Source: a bacterium
Lineage (GTDB): Bacteria > Patescibacteriota > Dojkabacteria > JAKAPS01 > JAJZLI01
Assembly: GCA_027371855.1 (NCBI GenBank)
Contig: DAHXLB010000026.1
Coordinates: 1 to 55,633, forward strand
DNA length: 55,633 nucleotides
Direction of reading: 5' to 3'
The position numbers and the translations under genes are program-made. The notes under the pieces are model-generated. The model ran no database searches and was not told where the DNA came from. It was given only the letters and a program-made list of their open reading frames with translations. Every line of letters starts with the position of its first letter. Position 1 is the stretch's first letter. Positions 34,578 through 44,663 of the stretch are shown here, piece by piece.

Positions 34578-35789
34578 TTATTTAATAACATTTCCAAGGG
34601 TATAGATTGGTAGGTATACTGCTACACCTATGAAACCTACGACAACTCCAAGTATAATTGTTATAATAGGCTCTATAAGTTTTGATAAATTTTCAATCAT
34701 ATCTTCAGTTTCTGTTTCATAATATTGGATAACCTTAGATACTACCTCTTCCATCTTTCCAGTTTCTTCCCCTATTGCAATCATCCTCCACAGTAGACTA
34801 GGGAATACAGGATATTTTGACATTACCAAAGCCATAGATTTACCTTTTTCAACTTCATCTGCAATTTCTTTAATACTTGTTCTAAACACTACATTAGGCA
34901 TTGATTCTGCGATCATATTTAACCCTGTAACAATTGGTACCCCTGCTTTTGTGAGTAATAGAAAAGTTTTGCCGAAATTTATTATCTCTATTTTTTGAAT
35001 TAATCCTCCAAATAATGGAATTTTTAAAACTAGGGAATCTGTAACTCTTCTACCTTGCTTAGATCTTCTATATATGATAAAACCTAAAACAATAATTACT
35101 AATGCAATTATTATAAATATATAATAACTTGTCACAAAACTGCTTAAATCTATTAAAAACAATGTAGGCCACGGTAATGTTGCATTAAAACTCTGATAAA
35201 GATGTTTCATAGGAGGGATCATCTCTGTCAGCACAAGTGCAACTACAACTATTGCAGCAAGTACTACCAGGATAGGATATATCATAGCACCTCTAAACTT
35301 AGAAATTAGAGCAGATTTTGATTCTGTTTCTGTTGCTATTCTCTCCAGAATAAAATCTAGGGATCCTGAAGCCTCAGCTGTTTTTAAAAGTTGGATTTGC
35401 ATACCATCAAACAGAGTAGAGTTCTCTGCGAATGAATCTGCAAGGTTTTTTCCTGATTCTATAGCGGCTCCTACCTGTCCTAAAACTTTTTTTAAACCCT
35501 TATTACTCACTTGAGCCTGAGAGATACTTATTGATTCTACTATAGGAATTCCTGCAGATATTAAAACTGCCAACTGCCTTAGAAAGATAACTCTATCTTT
35601 CATTGGCACTCTTCCTATATTGATATCATTAAGATTCCCAAGCCTTATTTTTGTTTGACCAGTTATTTTTAGAGGACTTAGCCCCTGATCTATTATCATT
35701 TTTGCTACCTGATCACGATCTGTAGCTTCAAATTCTCCGCTAACAATATTACCAGTTGCATTTGTTGCTGTATATTTAAAAATCGACAT
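34578..35789 (-). CDS. pilC: Type IV pilus platform protein PilC (GspF family)
   Basis: 403 aa with two GspF repeats and three TM segments. Confidence 0.9.
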   Translation of the reverse strand: MSIFKYTATNATGNIVSGEFEATDRDQVAKMIIDQGLSPLKITGQTKIRLGNLNDINIGRVPMKDRVIFLRQLAVLISAGIPIVESISISQAQVSNKGLKKVLGQVGAAIESGKNLADSFAENSTLFDGMQIQLLKTAEASGSLDFILERIATETESKSALISKFRGAMIYPILVVLAAIVVVALVLTEMIPPMKHLYQSFNATLPWPTLFLIDLSSFVTSYYIFIIIALVIIVLGFIIYRRSKQGRRVTDSLVLKIPLFGGLIQKIEIINFGKTFLLLTKAGVPIVTGLNMIAESMPNVVFRTSIKEIADEVEKGKSMALVMSKYPVFPSLLWRMIAIGEETGKMEEVVSKVIQYYETETEDMIENLSKLIEPIITIILGVVVGFIGVAVYLPIYTLGNVIK

Positions 35790-35791
35790 AA

Positions 35792-36856
35792 TTAAACGTT
35801 TCTACCTCTAAATAATCTTAAAAGTTCATCTGGGTGAGATGAGTGAGCCTGAGCATCATCGATGGTAATTTTACCTTCTCTAACCAATGCTACCAATGAT
35901 TTATCTAGAGAAACCATACCAACATCACCACTTGTCTGAATTACACTATCAAGTTGGTATGTTTTTCCTTCTCTTACCATATTACGAACTGCACTTGTTG
36001 CAATCAGTATTTCAGTAACTACTCTCCTTCCACCGCCAATAGTAGGAATAAGTCTTTGAGATACAATTGCCTCTAATATATCTGCCAATTGTATTCTTAT
36101 TTGAGCCTGTTGTACATCAGGAAATACATCTACAATCCTATCTATTGTTTGTGCAGCAGAGTTGGTATGCAGAGTTGCGAATACTAAATGTCCAGTTTCA
36201 GCAATGGTTATAGCAGATGCTATAGTCTCAAAATCTCTCATTTCCCCAATCAATACAACATCAGGATCCTCTCTTAAGGCACTCCTTAGTGAGATATCCC
36301 AAGAGTGAGTATCTTCTCCCACTTCCCTTTGTTCAATTAACGCCTTACCTTTTGGGTAAACATATTCAATAGGATCTTCAACTGTAATAATATGTTTTGG
36401 ATCCCTTACATTAATCTCCTGAACCATAGCAGCCAACGTAGTGGATTTTCCATGTCCAGTAGGCCCAGTAACTAATACTAAACCTTGAGGTATCTTTGTA
36501 AAGGAGTGAATAACATCAGGGATAAATAATTCCTCTACGGTTCTAATTTTATTAGGAATAAGCCTAAATGCTATAGATAAATGTCCTTTTTGGTGAAAAA
36601 CATTAATTCTAAATCTATCATGTGTATCAACATATTCATACGATAGATCAATTTCTTTATTGACATCCAAAAATTCTTTTTGAGAGTCAGATAAGATTTC
36701 ATCTACAACCTGTTTCATATATTCGTCTTCAATGGTGAAATTAGCAGCTTGTACCAAAATTCCATCTACTCTCAAAAGTGGGGGATAGTCTACAACCAAA
36801 TGAAGATCAGAAGCTGATCTTTGTATAGTATATTTTAATAATTCTTCTATCTTCAT
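35792..36856 (-). CDS. pilT: Twitching-motility retraction ATPase PilT
   Basis: 354 aa with ASDLHL, Walker A GPTGHGKST, Asp box, Walker B and His box (ATLHTNSAAQTIDRI). Confidence 0.9.
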   Translation of the reverse strand: MKIEELLKYTIQRSASDLHLVVDYPPLLRVDGILVQAANFTIEDEYMKQVVDEILSDSQKEFLDVNKEIDLSYEYVDTHDRFRINVFHQKGHLSIAFRLIPNKIRTVEELFIPDVIHSFTKIPQGLVLVTGPTGHGKSTTLAAMVQEINVRDPKHIITVEDPIEYVYPKGKALIEQREVGEDTHSWDISLRSALREDPDVVLIGEMRDFETIASAITIAETGHLVFATLHTNSAAQTIDRIVDVFPDVQQAQIRIQLADILEAIVSQRLIPTIGGGRRVVTEILIATSAVRNMVREGKTYQLDSVIQTSGDVGMVSLDKSLVALVREGKITIDDAQAHSSHPDELLRLFRGRNV

Positions 36857-38613
36857 TCTATATCTTCTTTTGCTACTCTATATACTTCCTCTAGCGTTGT
36901 AATCTTATCAAGAACCTTTAGAAAACCATTTTGTACCAGAGACATCATATTATTTGACCTGGCAATTTTATCGATTTCATCAGTAGATGCTTTTTTTAAT
37001 ATTAAATCTCTTATTGCATCATTGACTATAAGTACTTCAAAAATACCAATTCTACCAAGATAGCCAGTATTGTTACACGTATCACACCCCTTGCCTCTAG
37101 ATAAATATAGCACACTGTTATTTGTTTGTGAAGAATCAGGAGTCTGGGCTCTTGTAATATACTTTGATATATCTATATTACTTCCTTCAAGTTCCTTAGT
37201 AATTTCATCAATCACAGTTTTATCCACTACATAATCTTCTTTGCAAACTTGACATATTGTACGCACAAGTCTTTGGGCAACAACTATTTCAATAGTTGAT
37301 GATATTAAAAATGGTTCAATCCCCATATCAAGAAGTCTAGGTAATGCACCAGCTGCAGAAGTTGTATGGATGGTTGATAAAACTAAATGTCCTGTTAATG
37401 AGGCTTGGGTAGCAAGACGTGCAGTCTCCTCATCTCTGATTTCTCCAACCATAATTATATTAGGGTCCTGTCTTAGAAATGCTCTTAGACCAGTAGGAAA
37501 AGTAAGTCCAACTTCATCATTGACCTGCACTTGATTCACCCCATCAATTTCTATTTCTACAGGATCTTCCAAAGTTGATATATTCACTGAATCATTATTA
37601 ATTTGTGCTAATGAAGCTGCTAGTGTCTGTGTTTTCCCAGAACCTGTAGGCCCTGTAATGAGAATAATTCCTTTAGTTAGAGATAAACCCTTTTTATATT
37701 TTTCAAATGATACTCCAGTAATACCTACATCTTCAAGTTTTGGTATACCTGCACCCTTCCTTAACAGCCTTATTACAATTTTTTCCCCATACACAATAGG
37801 CAATGTTGAAATTCTTAAATCTACAAGCTCTTTTTCTACTTTTATTGAAAATCTTCCATCCTGCGGCATCCTTTTTTCATCAATCTTCAATTTCGATAAA
37901 ATTTTCACTCTTGATATAACTGCAGGAGCTAAAGATAGTGGTATAGATAACTTCTCTTGCAAAATTCCATCAATTCTATACCTAAACCTTAATCTTTTTC
38001 TTTCTGGTTCAACATGTATATCTGATGCTCTAAATTTCACAGCATACTCTAAAACAGTATTTACAATTTTAACAATAGGGGCATTTTTTATATCTCCAGT
38101 AATATTACCTAAATCATTTATACTACCAGTAACATCTTCTACATCAAAATCTAGGCCTGCAGCTTCAACATCTTCTACAACCTTACTTTCTATTTGTTCT
38201 GAGACATTGGTGCTAACAATATCCTGTATTTCCTCTGCCATTGCAAGATATGGAGTTATATGTATATTATATTTACTTTCAAGGTACTGTATTAGTTGAG
38301 AATCTAGAGGGTTGGCCATTGCCAACAATAAATTTCCATTTTGCTCTTCGAAAGGTAATATTGTATGGTCTTTAATATCATTAATACTTACCTTATTAAA
38401 AACATCTCGCTGTATAGTTACACCAGCAAGATCTTTGAATGGTATATTTATAACAGAAGCTTTTGCTATATAAAAATCCTTTTTACTTACAATATTCATG
38501 TTAAAGATAATATCTTCCACATCTTTATTATTTGTAATAGAATCTATCCTTATCTTATTTGCAGTTTTTTGATCAATTTTTAATTGACTTACTAATACAT
38601 CTAATATATCCAT
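36853..38613 (-). CDS. pilB: Type IV pilus assembly ATPase PilB (GspE family)
   Basis: N-terminal GspE_N-like domain, Walker A GPTGSGKT, and a tetracysteine motif (CQVC...CDTC). Start is placed at ATG 38613; the ORF-track start at 38628 is a TTG. Confidence 0.9.
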   Translation of the reverse strand: MDILDVLVSQLKIDQKTANKIRIDSITNNKDVEDIIFNMNIVSKKDFYIAKASVINIPFKDLAGVTIQRDVFNKVSINDIKDHTILPFEEQNGNLLLAMANPLDSQLIQYLESKYNIHITPYLAMAEEIQDIVSTNVSEQIESKVVEDVEAAGLDFDVEDVTGSINDLGNITGDIKNAPIVKIVNTVLEYAVKFRASDIHVEPERKRLRFRYRIDGILQEKLSIPLSLAPAVISRVKILSKLKIDEKRMPQDGRFSIKVEKELVDLRISTLPIVYGEKIVIRLLRKGAGIPKLEDVGITGVSFEKYKKGLSLTKGIILITGPTGSGKTQTLAASLAQINNDSVNISTLEDPVEIEIDGVNQVQVNDEVGLTFPTGLRAFLRQDPNIIMVGEIRDEETARLATQASLTGHLVLSTIHTTSAAGALPRLLDMGIEPFLISSTIEIVVAQRLVRTICQVCKEDYVVDKTVIDEITKELEGSNIDISKYITRAQTPDSSQTNNSVLYLSRGKGCDTCNNTGYLGRIGIFEVLIVNDAIRDLILKKASTDEIDKIARSNNMMSLVQNGFLKVLDKITTLEEVYRVAKEDIE

Positions 38614-38707
38614 ACTTCTACAATACAATACAATATATAATTTTTAAAGTACCTGGATATAAGTACCCAAGGTACAAAGTATATTTTTTTTATGATAGAA
38701 TAGTCCC

Positions 38708-39349
38708 ATGGCCCAAAGCATCATTATAGAGTCAAATAATATTGAGAGTAGTGTAGCTTTTGCAAGATCTTATTTAGAGGATCTTGATTTAGAAGGTAAT
38801 TCTGCTTCTAGAAGCACTTCTGAATTTATACATATTAATGAACCTACTATCTCAATAGATCATATTAGAGATTTACAAAAATCACTATCATATAAACCAT
38901 ATACTGGCAAAACAAGGGTTATTCTTGTATCTATCCTTGGAAAAATATCTGATTCTGCTCAGAATGCTATGTTGAAAATGTTGGAAGATAATCAGTCACA
39001 TACACAAATAATATTACAAGTATCAAATTCAGAATTTCTACTTAAAACAATACTTTCAAGGTGCATTATAAAAAAGGGGGATCATATCTATGAAAATTTT
39101 TATGACATAAAGAATTTTTTGTCATTACCTTTACAAGAGAGACTATTATTTGTAAGCTCTGTCGAGAATACTAAGGGCTTTATTCAAAATTTGATTTCGT
39201 ATATAATTGCTTCGTATAAACAAAGTAATGAAAACTCTAAAAGTAGCAGAAGTAGTTATATTGTAAGTATAATGAAAGATTGGGAGCAGGCAATTGCAAA
39301 TAATGTCCCTGAAAAATTAATATTAGAAGATATTGCAATACAAATATAA
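38708..39349 (+). CDS. holB: DNA polymerase III delta-prime-like clamp-loader subunit (short form)
   Basis: 213 aa. ...ISDSAQNAMLKMLEDNQSHTQIILQVSNSEFLLKTILSRC matches the sensor-1/SRC region of delta-prime/RFC-like AAA+ proteins. No Walker A is visible. Confidence 0.65.
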   Translation: MAQSIIIESNNIESSVAFARSYLEDLDLEGNSASRSTSEFIHINEPTISIDHIRDLQKSLSYKPYTGKTRVILVSILGKISDSAQNAMLKMLEDNQSHTQIILQVSNSEFLLKTILSRCIIKKGDHIYENFYDIKNFLSLPLQERLLFVSSVENTKGFIQNLISYIIASYKQSNENSKSSRSSYIVSIMKDWEQAIANNVPEKLILEDIAIQI

Positions 39350-39352
39350 AAA

Positions 39353-41275
39353 ATGAATAACGATAATTATGATGAAAATTCTATAGTAGTTCTTGAGGGA
39401 CTTGAAGCGGTTAGAAAGAGACCATCTATGTATGTTGGCTCAACCGGAATCGGAGGAGTGCATCAAATAATCTATGAGGTTATAGATAATTCAATAGATG
39501 AGGCTTTAGGTGGATACTGCACTAGAATAGATATAAGAATTTTTAAAGATGGGACTGTACAAGTTGAAGATAATGGAAGAGGAATTCCTATTGGAATTCA
39601 TCCACAGACAAAAAAGTCTTCTCTTGAAACTGTTATGACTGTTTTACATGCAGGAGGAAAATTTGGATCAAAAGGTGGTTATAAAATATCAGGTGGATTA
39701 CATGGAGTAGGGGTTTCATGTACTAATGCTTTATCTGAGTATATGAGAACAGAATCTTTTATCAATAAAGATCATTATATTCAAGAGTATAAGGAAGGAA
39801 AGCCACAGTATGAGTTAAAAAAACTTGAAGATAACAATATTAATAAAAATAATGGTACTATACAAACCTTTAAACCGGATCCTACTATATTTCAAGACAC
39901 AAATATAGTAGCACGTCAAATACTAAAAAGGATAAAAGAACAAGCATATTTAACAGGAAATATTACATTTACATTCCAAGATGAGCGATCTGATAAATAC
40001 CAAACTCCTTATTTTATATATTTTGAGGGAGGAGCAAAATCATATGTTAGATTGCTTGATAAAGATAAGAAAAATTTAACAAATGTTATACATATAAAAA
40101 AACATGTTTCAGACTCAGAGGTTGAAATTGCAATGCAATATACTGATGAGATTACCGATAATATGCTAGCTTTCGCTAATAATATTTTTAATCAAGAAGG
40201 TGGAACCCACCTAACAGGATTCAAGACTGCTTTAACAAAAACAATCAATGATTATGCAAAAAAAACAGGAGTTTTAAAAGAAAATGAAGAAGGACTTACA
40301 GGAGACGATGTTAGGGAAGGATTAACAGCAATAATATCAGTCAAATTACAAGATCCTCAATTTGAAGGTCAGACAAAAATGAAATTAAATAACTCTGAAA
40401 CTCAAACGATAGTAAGAAATGTTGTATCAGGAGAACTAGAAATGTATTTGCAAGAATATCCTAAAGAGGCAAAATCTATTTTAGATAAAGTATTTCTTGC
40501 TCAAAAAGCAAGAAAGGCTGCAAAAGCCGCAAGAGAAGCTGTTGTTAGAAAAGGCGCTCTTGAGGGAGGAACTTTACCTGGTAAACTAGCAGATTGTTCA
40601 GAAAAGAATCCTCAAAAATCGGAATTATTCATTGTAGAGGGAGATTCTGCAGGAGGAAGCGCAAAGCAGGGGAGAGATAGAAAAATACAAGCAATACTAC
40701 CTCTAACAGGTAAACCAATTAATAGTGAAAAATACAGAATAGATAGAGTACTAGAAAATGAAAGGCTTAAAGATTTTACAATAGCTCTAGGAGCTGGAAT
40801 TTCTGATACATTTAATGCAGATAAACTAAGGTATCATAAAATAATAATAATGACTGATGCTGATGTTGATGGCTCTCATATTGAAACCTTGCTTTTGACA
40901 TTTTTGTATAGACATTTAAAATCACTAATAGAAAAAGGCTATGTATATATAGCTCAACCTCCCCTTTATAAAATAGTAGCTTCAGGAAAAACATATTGGA
41001 TAACAGATGATAATGAAGCAGAAATACTATTTAAAAAATGGAAAGCCGAAGATATAAAAATAACTTCTATGCAAAGATACAAAGGTCTTGGAGAAATGAA
41101 TCCAGAACAATTATGGGAAACAACAATGAATCCTCAATCACGAGTACTAAAACAGATAAATATAGAAGATATAGAGGATGCAGATAAAACATTTGATATG
41201 CTAATGGGCGCTGAAGTTCCTCCTAGAAAAAAATTTATTCAGATGAATGCAAAAAGTGCAAAAATAGATATTTAA
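39353..41275 (+). CDS. gyrB: DNA gyrase subunit B
   Basis: 640 aa with LEGLEAVRKRPSMYVGS, the GHKL ATPase domain, the EGDSAGG Toprim motif and PLxGK. Confidence 0.96.
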   Translation: MNNDNYDENSIVVLEGLEAVRKRPSMYVGSTGIGGVHQIIYEVIDNSIDEALGGYCTRIDIRIFKDGTVQVEDNGRGIPIGIHPQTKKSSLETVMTVLHAGGKFGSKGGYKISGGLHGVGVSCTNALSEYMRTESFINKDHYIQEYKEGKPQYELKKLEDNNINKNNGTIQTFKPDPTIFQDTNIVARQILKRIKEQAYLTGNITFTFQDERSDKYQTPYFIYFEGGAKSYVRLLDKDKKNLTNVIHIKKHVSDSEVEIAMQYTDEITDNMLAFANNIFNQEGGTHLTGFKTALTKTINDYAKKTGVLKENEEGLTGDDVREGLTAIISVKLQDPQFEGQTKMKLNNSETQTIVRNVVSGELEMYLQEYPKEAKSILDKVFLAQKARKAAKAAREAVVRKGALEGGTLPGKLADCSEKNPQKSELFIVEGDSAGGSAKQGRDRKIQAILPLTGKPINSEKYRIDRVLENERLKDFTIALGAGISDTFNADKLRYHKIIIMTDADVDGSHIETLLLTFLYRHLKSLIEKGYVYIAQPPLYKIVASGKTYWITDDNEAEILFKKWKAEDIKITSMQRYKGLGEMNPEQLWETTMNPQSRVLKQINIEDIEDADKTFDMLMGAEVPPRKKFIQMNAKSAKIDI

Positions 41276-41278
41276 AAT

Positions 41279-43789
41279 ATGGATGATATAAATATAGACA
41301 GAATAAAATTGGTTGATATCTCAAAAGAGATGAAAGAAAGCTATATTAACTACTCTATGAGTGTTATAACAGCAAGAGCCCTCCCAGATGCCAAAGATGG
41401 GTTAAAACCAGTACAAAGGAGAATTATCTATACAATGCATGAAGATAACTTACATGCAAATAATAAATTTAAAAAATCAGCTAGCACAGTAGGAATAGCT
41501 ATGGCTAGATATCATCCTCATGGAGATTTGTCAATTTATGATGCTCTCGTACATATGGCTCAATATTTTTCCCTAAGATATACACTAATACATGGACAAG
41601 GAAATTTCGGATCAATTGATGGTGATAGCCCTGCTGCAATGAGATATACTGAGGCAAAATTAGAGAAGATATCTGATGAATTTATTAAAGATATAGACAA
41701 AGATACTGTAGATTTTATAGATAATTATGATGGATCACTAAAACAACCTGCCATACTACCTTCTGCAATACCTAATCTTCTTTTAAACGGAACAGAAGGC
41801 ATAGCAGTTGGAATGGCAACAAAAATACCCCCTCATAATCTTGAAGAAGTTATGAATGGTTTTATACATATACTAGATAATATAAGGAAAATTTCAGAAA
41901 ATAACGAAATTGAGACTGAAGTACTAATTGAAGATCTAGTAAAATTTATAAAAGGACCAGATTTTCCTACATATGGAACTATATATGATAAAGATGAAAT
42001 ACTTAATATGTATACTACAGGAAGGGGTAGAATTGTAATTAGAGGAAAAGCAGAAATTGTAGAATCAAAAAATGAAAGGATGCAAATTATAATAACACAG
42101 TTACCTTTTCAAATAAACAAAGCAAGGTTCATAACAAAAATAGCTGATTTAGTTAAAACAGATAAACTAGAAGGTATACAAGATTTGAGAGATGAAAGTG
42201 CTAAAGGAGAGATAAGAGTAGTTATTGATTTAAAAGCATCAGCAAAACCAAATATTCTAATTAATAAATTATTTAAATATACAGAACTACAATCAGTATT
42301 CAACGCAAATGTGCTTGCTCTTGTAGATGGAGTACCAAAACAATTGAATTTAAAAAATATATTAGAGATTTTCGCACAGCATAGATTAGATGTAGTAGAG
42401 AGAAGAACTAAATATGAACTTCAAAAAGCAAAAGATCGTGAGCACATACTCCAAGGATTAAAAATTGCTATCGATAACATTGATGAAGTTATAAAAATTA
42501 TACGTGGATCTAAAGATGTAGACGTAGCTAAGAAGGAGTTGATGGAAAGATTTAAATTATCAGATTTACAATCTCAAGCTATTTTAGATATGCAACTTAG
42601 AAGACTGGCTGCATTAGAAAGAGAAAAAATTGAAAATGAACTTAAAGAAGTTCTAGCTTTAATTAAAGAATTGGAAACACTATTATCAAATAAATTTAAC
42701 ATAGTAAAAGTTATTAAAAATGAGAGTCTTCAAATTATAGAGAAATATAAAGATGAGAGAAAAACGAAAGTTATGGCATCCAAAGTAGGGGAATTTGAAT
42801 TAGAAGATATTATTGAAGATAAAGAAACTTTAATAACAATATCAAAACAAGGATACATTAAAAGATTATCTCCTGATACGTATAAAGTACAGCATAGGGG
42901 GGGTAAAGGCATAGTAGGGATGACAACCAAAGAAAGAGATGTCATATCACATGCACTGATTGCATCAACATTAGATAATATATTACTCTTTTCAAATAAA
43001 GGTAGGGTCTTTCAAACCAAAGCTTTTGAGATTCCCGAATATTCAAGAACAGCAAAAGGACAACCATTGGTTAATATAATCAATCTTGAAAGTAATGAAT
43101 TTATCACTAGTGTATTAGCACAAACTGATAATAAAAAAGGTGTTATAAAAGAAGATATTGTTGAAGATGAGAAAGAAATACAAGAAAATATACAATCTCT
43201 ATTAATGGGAACAAAGAATGGAATTGTTAAAAAAACAAAAATAGAAGCATTTAAAAATATAAGGAAAAATGGTCTTTTTGCTATTACTCTAGATAATGAT
43301 GATGAGCTTAGGTGGGTAAAACCAGTAACAGGTAAAAATGAAATATTATTAATTACTAAAAAAGCTCACTCCATAAGGTTTAAAGAAACAGATGTGAGAG
43401 AGACTGGAAGGACATCAAGAGGCGTAAAAGCTATTTCAATAAATAAAAAAGATGATGAAGCTATTGGACTGGATATTGTTAAGGAAGATAGTTTTGTTAT
43501 AACAGTTTCTAGAAAAGGGTTCGGTAAAAAAACTAAAATTAATGGATTCACTACACAAGGCAGGGGAGGCAAAGGAGTTTATGGTGCAAGAGTTACAGAT
43601 AAAACAGGGGAATTAGTCTCTATGAAAATAGTTAATAACAGCAGTAAAGAAATGATAATAATTTCAACAAAAGGGCAAATAATAAAACTTAGTATGTCTG
43701 CAATACCTTCTCACAAAAGATATACTTCAGGAGTAAAACTTATTAATCTTGATAAAGAGAGTGAAGTTGCTGCAATAGAGATAGCTTAG
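41279..43789 (+). CDS. gyrA: DNA gyrase subunit A
   Basis: 836 aa with [16 protein letters not shown], the AAMRYTE catalytic Tyr and a C-terminal beta-pinwheel with GyrA-box-like QGRGGKG. Confidence 0.96.
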   Translation: MDDINIDRIKLVDISKEMKESYINYSMSVITARALPDAKDGLKPVQRRIIYTMHEDNLHANNKFKKSASTVGIAMARYHPHGDLSIYDALVHMAQYFSLRYTLIHGQGNFGSIDGDSPAAMRYTEAKLEKISDEFIKDIDKDTVDFIDNYDGSLKQPAILPSAIPNLLLNGTEGIAVGMATKIPPHNLEEVMNGFIHILDNIRKISENNEIETEVLIEDLVKFIKGPDFPTYGTIYDKDEILNMYTTGRGRIVIRGKAEIVESKNERMQIIITQLPFQINKARFITKIADLVKTDKLEGIQDLRDESAKGEIRVVIDLKASAKPNILINKLFKYTELQSVFNANVLALVDGVPKQLNLKNILEIFAQHRLDVVERRTKYELQKAKDREHILQGLKIAIDNIDEVIKIIRGSKDVDVAKKELMERFKLSDLQSQAILDMQLRRLAALEREKIENELKEVLALIKELETLLSNKFNIVKVIKNESLQIIEKYKDERKTKVMASKVGEFELEDIIEDKETLITISKQGYIKRLSPDTYKVQHRGGKGIVGMTTKERDVISHALIASTLDNILLFSNKGRVFQTKAFEIPEYSRTAKGQPLVNIINLESNEFITSVLAQTDNKKGVIKEDIVEDEKEIQENIQSLLMGTKNGIVKKTKIEAFKNIRKNGLFAITLDNDDELRWVKPVTGKNEILLITKKAHSIRFKETDVRETGRTSRGVKAISINKKDDEAIGLDIVKEDSFVITVSRKGFGKKTKINGFTTQGRGGKGVYGARVTDKTGELVSMKIVNNSSKEMIIISTKGQIIKLSMSAIPSHKRYTSGVKLINLDKESEVAAIEIA

Positions 43790-43812
43790 TATAATTATCA
43801 TTGCTAGATAAA

Positions 43813-43880
43813 TTGACATTATTATAATTATATTGACAATTAAATTGTTTGACATTATTATAATACTATGATAGTATACT
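43813..43880 (+). promoter_or_regulatory. Promoter/operator region of the Phd-PIN module
   Basis: Three TTGACA boxes (43813, 43833, 43849). The direct repeat TTGACATTATTATAAT occurs twice (43813-43828, 43849-43864). A palindrome TACTATgATAGTA lies at 43864-43876. TAGTAT/TATACT -10 candidates lie just before the ATG. Confidence 0.5.
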
Positions 43881-43886
43881 GGTATT

Positions 43887-44162
43887 ATGGATTTAATAAC
43901 AGTGACAGTAAGAGATATCTTAAGAAAACAGAAAGAAATTTTTAGTAAAGTAGAAGCCGGTGATTCTCCAATAGTTGTTACTCAACATAACAGACCACAA
44001 GTTGCTATAATTAATCTAGGTGATCTCAAACTACTACAAACACAAAAATCTTTAAAATATACGTACAATCTTTTAAAACTAGGGGATGAAGCTAAAAAAT
44101 ATAATCTCTCTGGACCTAAAGATTTGTCTATAAATCATGATAAATACATCTGGGATAAATAA
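43887..44162 (+). CDS. Phd/YefM-family antitoxin
   Basis: 91 aa. TVRDILRKQKEIFSKVEAGDSPIVVTQHNRPQVAIINLGD is the typical Phd/YefM N-domain. It lies immediately upstream of a PIN gene. Confidence 0.75.
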   Translation: MDLITVTVRDILRKQKEIFSKVEAGDSPIVVTQHNRPQVAIINLGDLKLLQTQKSLKYTYNLLKLGDEAKKYNLSGPKDLSINHDKYIWDK

Positions 44163-44164
44163 TC

Positions 44165-44590
44165 ATGTATGAAAATAAATTGATAGTAGCTGATACTGAT
44201 ATTTTAATATCTTTGGTATATGAATCTGATATTAATCATGAGATTATTATTGATTTAATGCAAAAAATAATAACCAACAACTATACTGTACAATTTCCTA
44301 ATACTGCAATACTTGAAACTATTACTGCCCTTAAAAGAGCTTTAAACAAGCCTGATTTATCAAAATTAATCAACACTAATTATCAAAATGATTTTTTTGG
44401 AATCATTTATATTAATGATAAAATTCAGAAAAGAGCAAGTATAATTTTTGATGATTTAATTTCTAAACAAAACACAATTTTTGATGCTATTGTTATTGCT
44501 ACTGCAGAGATTTATGAAGCTAAAGCAATCTTTAGTATGGACAAAGTTTATAAAAAATACTTTCCTTTAGCACAAGAATTAGTCAATTAA
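44165..44590 (+). CDS. PIN-domain toxin (VapC-like)
   Basis: 141 aa with an N-terminal ...VADTDILISL acidic residue, ...LETIT... and ...FDAIVIATAE... PIN motifs. Confidence 0.7.
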   Translation: MYENKLIVADTDILISLVYESDINHEIIIDLMQKIITNNYTVQFPNTAILETITALKRALNKPDLSKLINTNYQNDFFGIIYINDKIQKRASIIFDDLISKQNTIFDAIVIATAEIYEAKAIFSMDKVYKKYFPLAQELVN

Positions 44591-44663
44591 ATACCTTTAT
44601 CATTATCTGATCCTATTTATATAATCATAGGATGAAAAAAATTTAATAAAAAATCCAGTAATA

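Noticed and set aside
44610-44633. Hairpin ATCCTAT-10 nt-ATAGGAT between the convergent PIN and Wzy_C genes, as a terminator
   Set aside because: It has a 7-bp AT-rich stem. It is followed by an A-run on the plus strand, and on the minus strand the T-run precedes rather than follows the stem. It is not a convincing intrinsic terminator in either direction.
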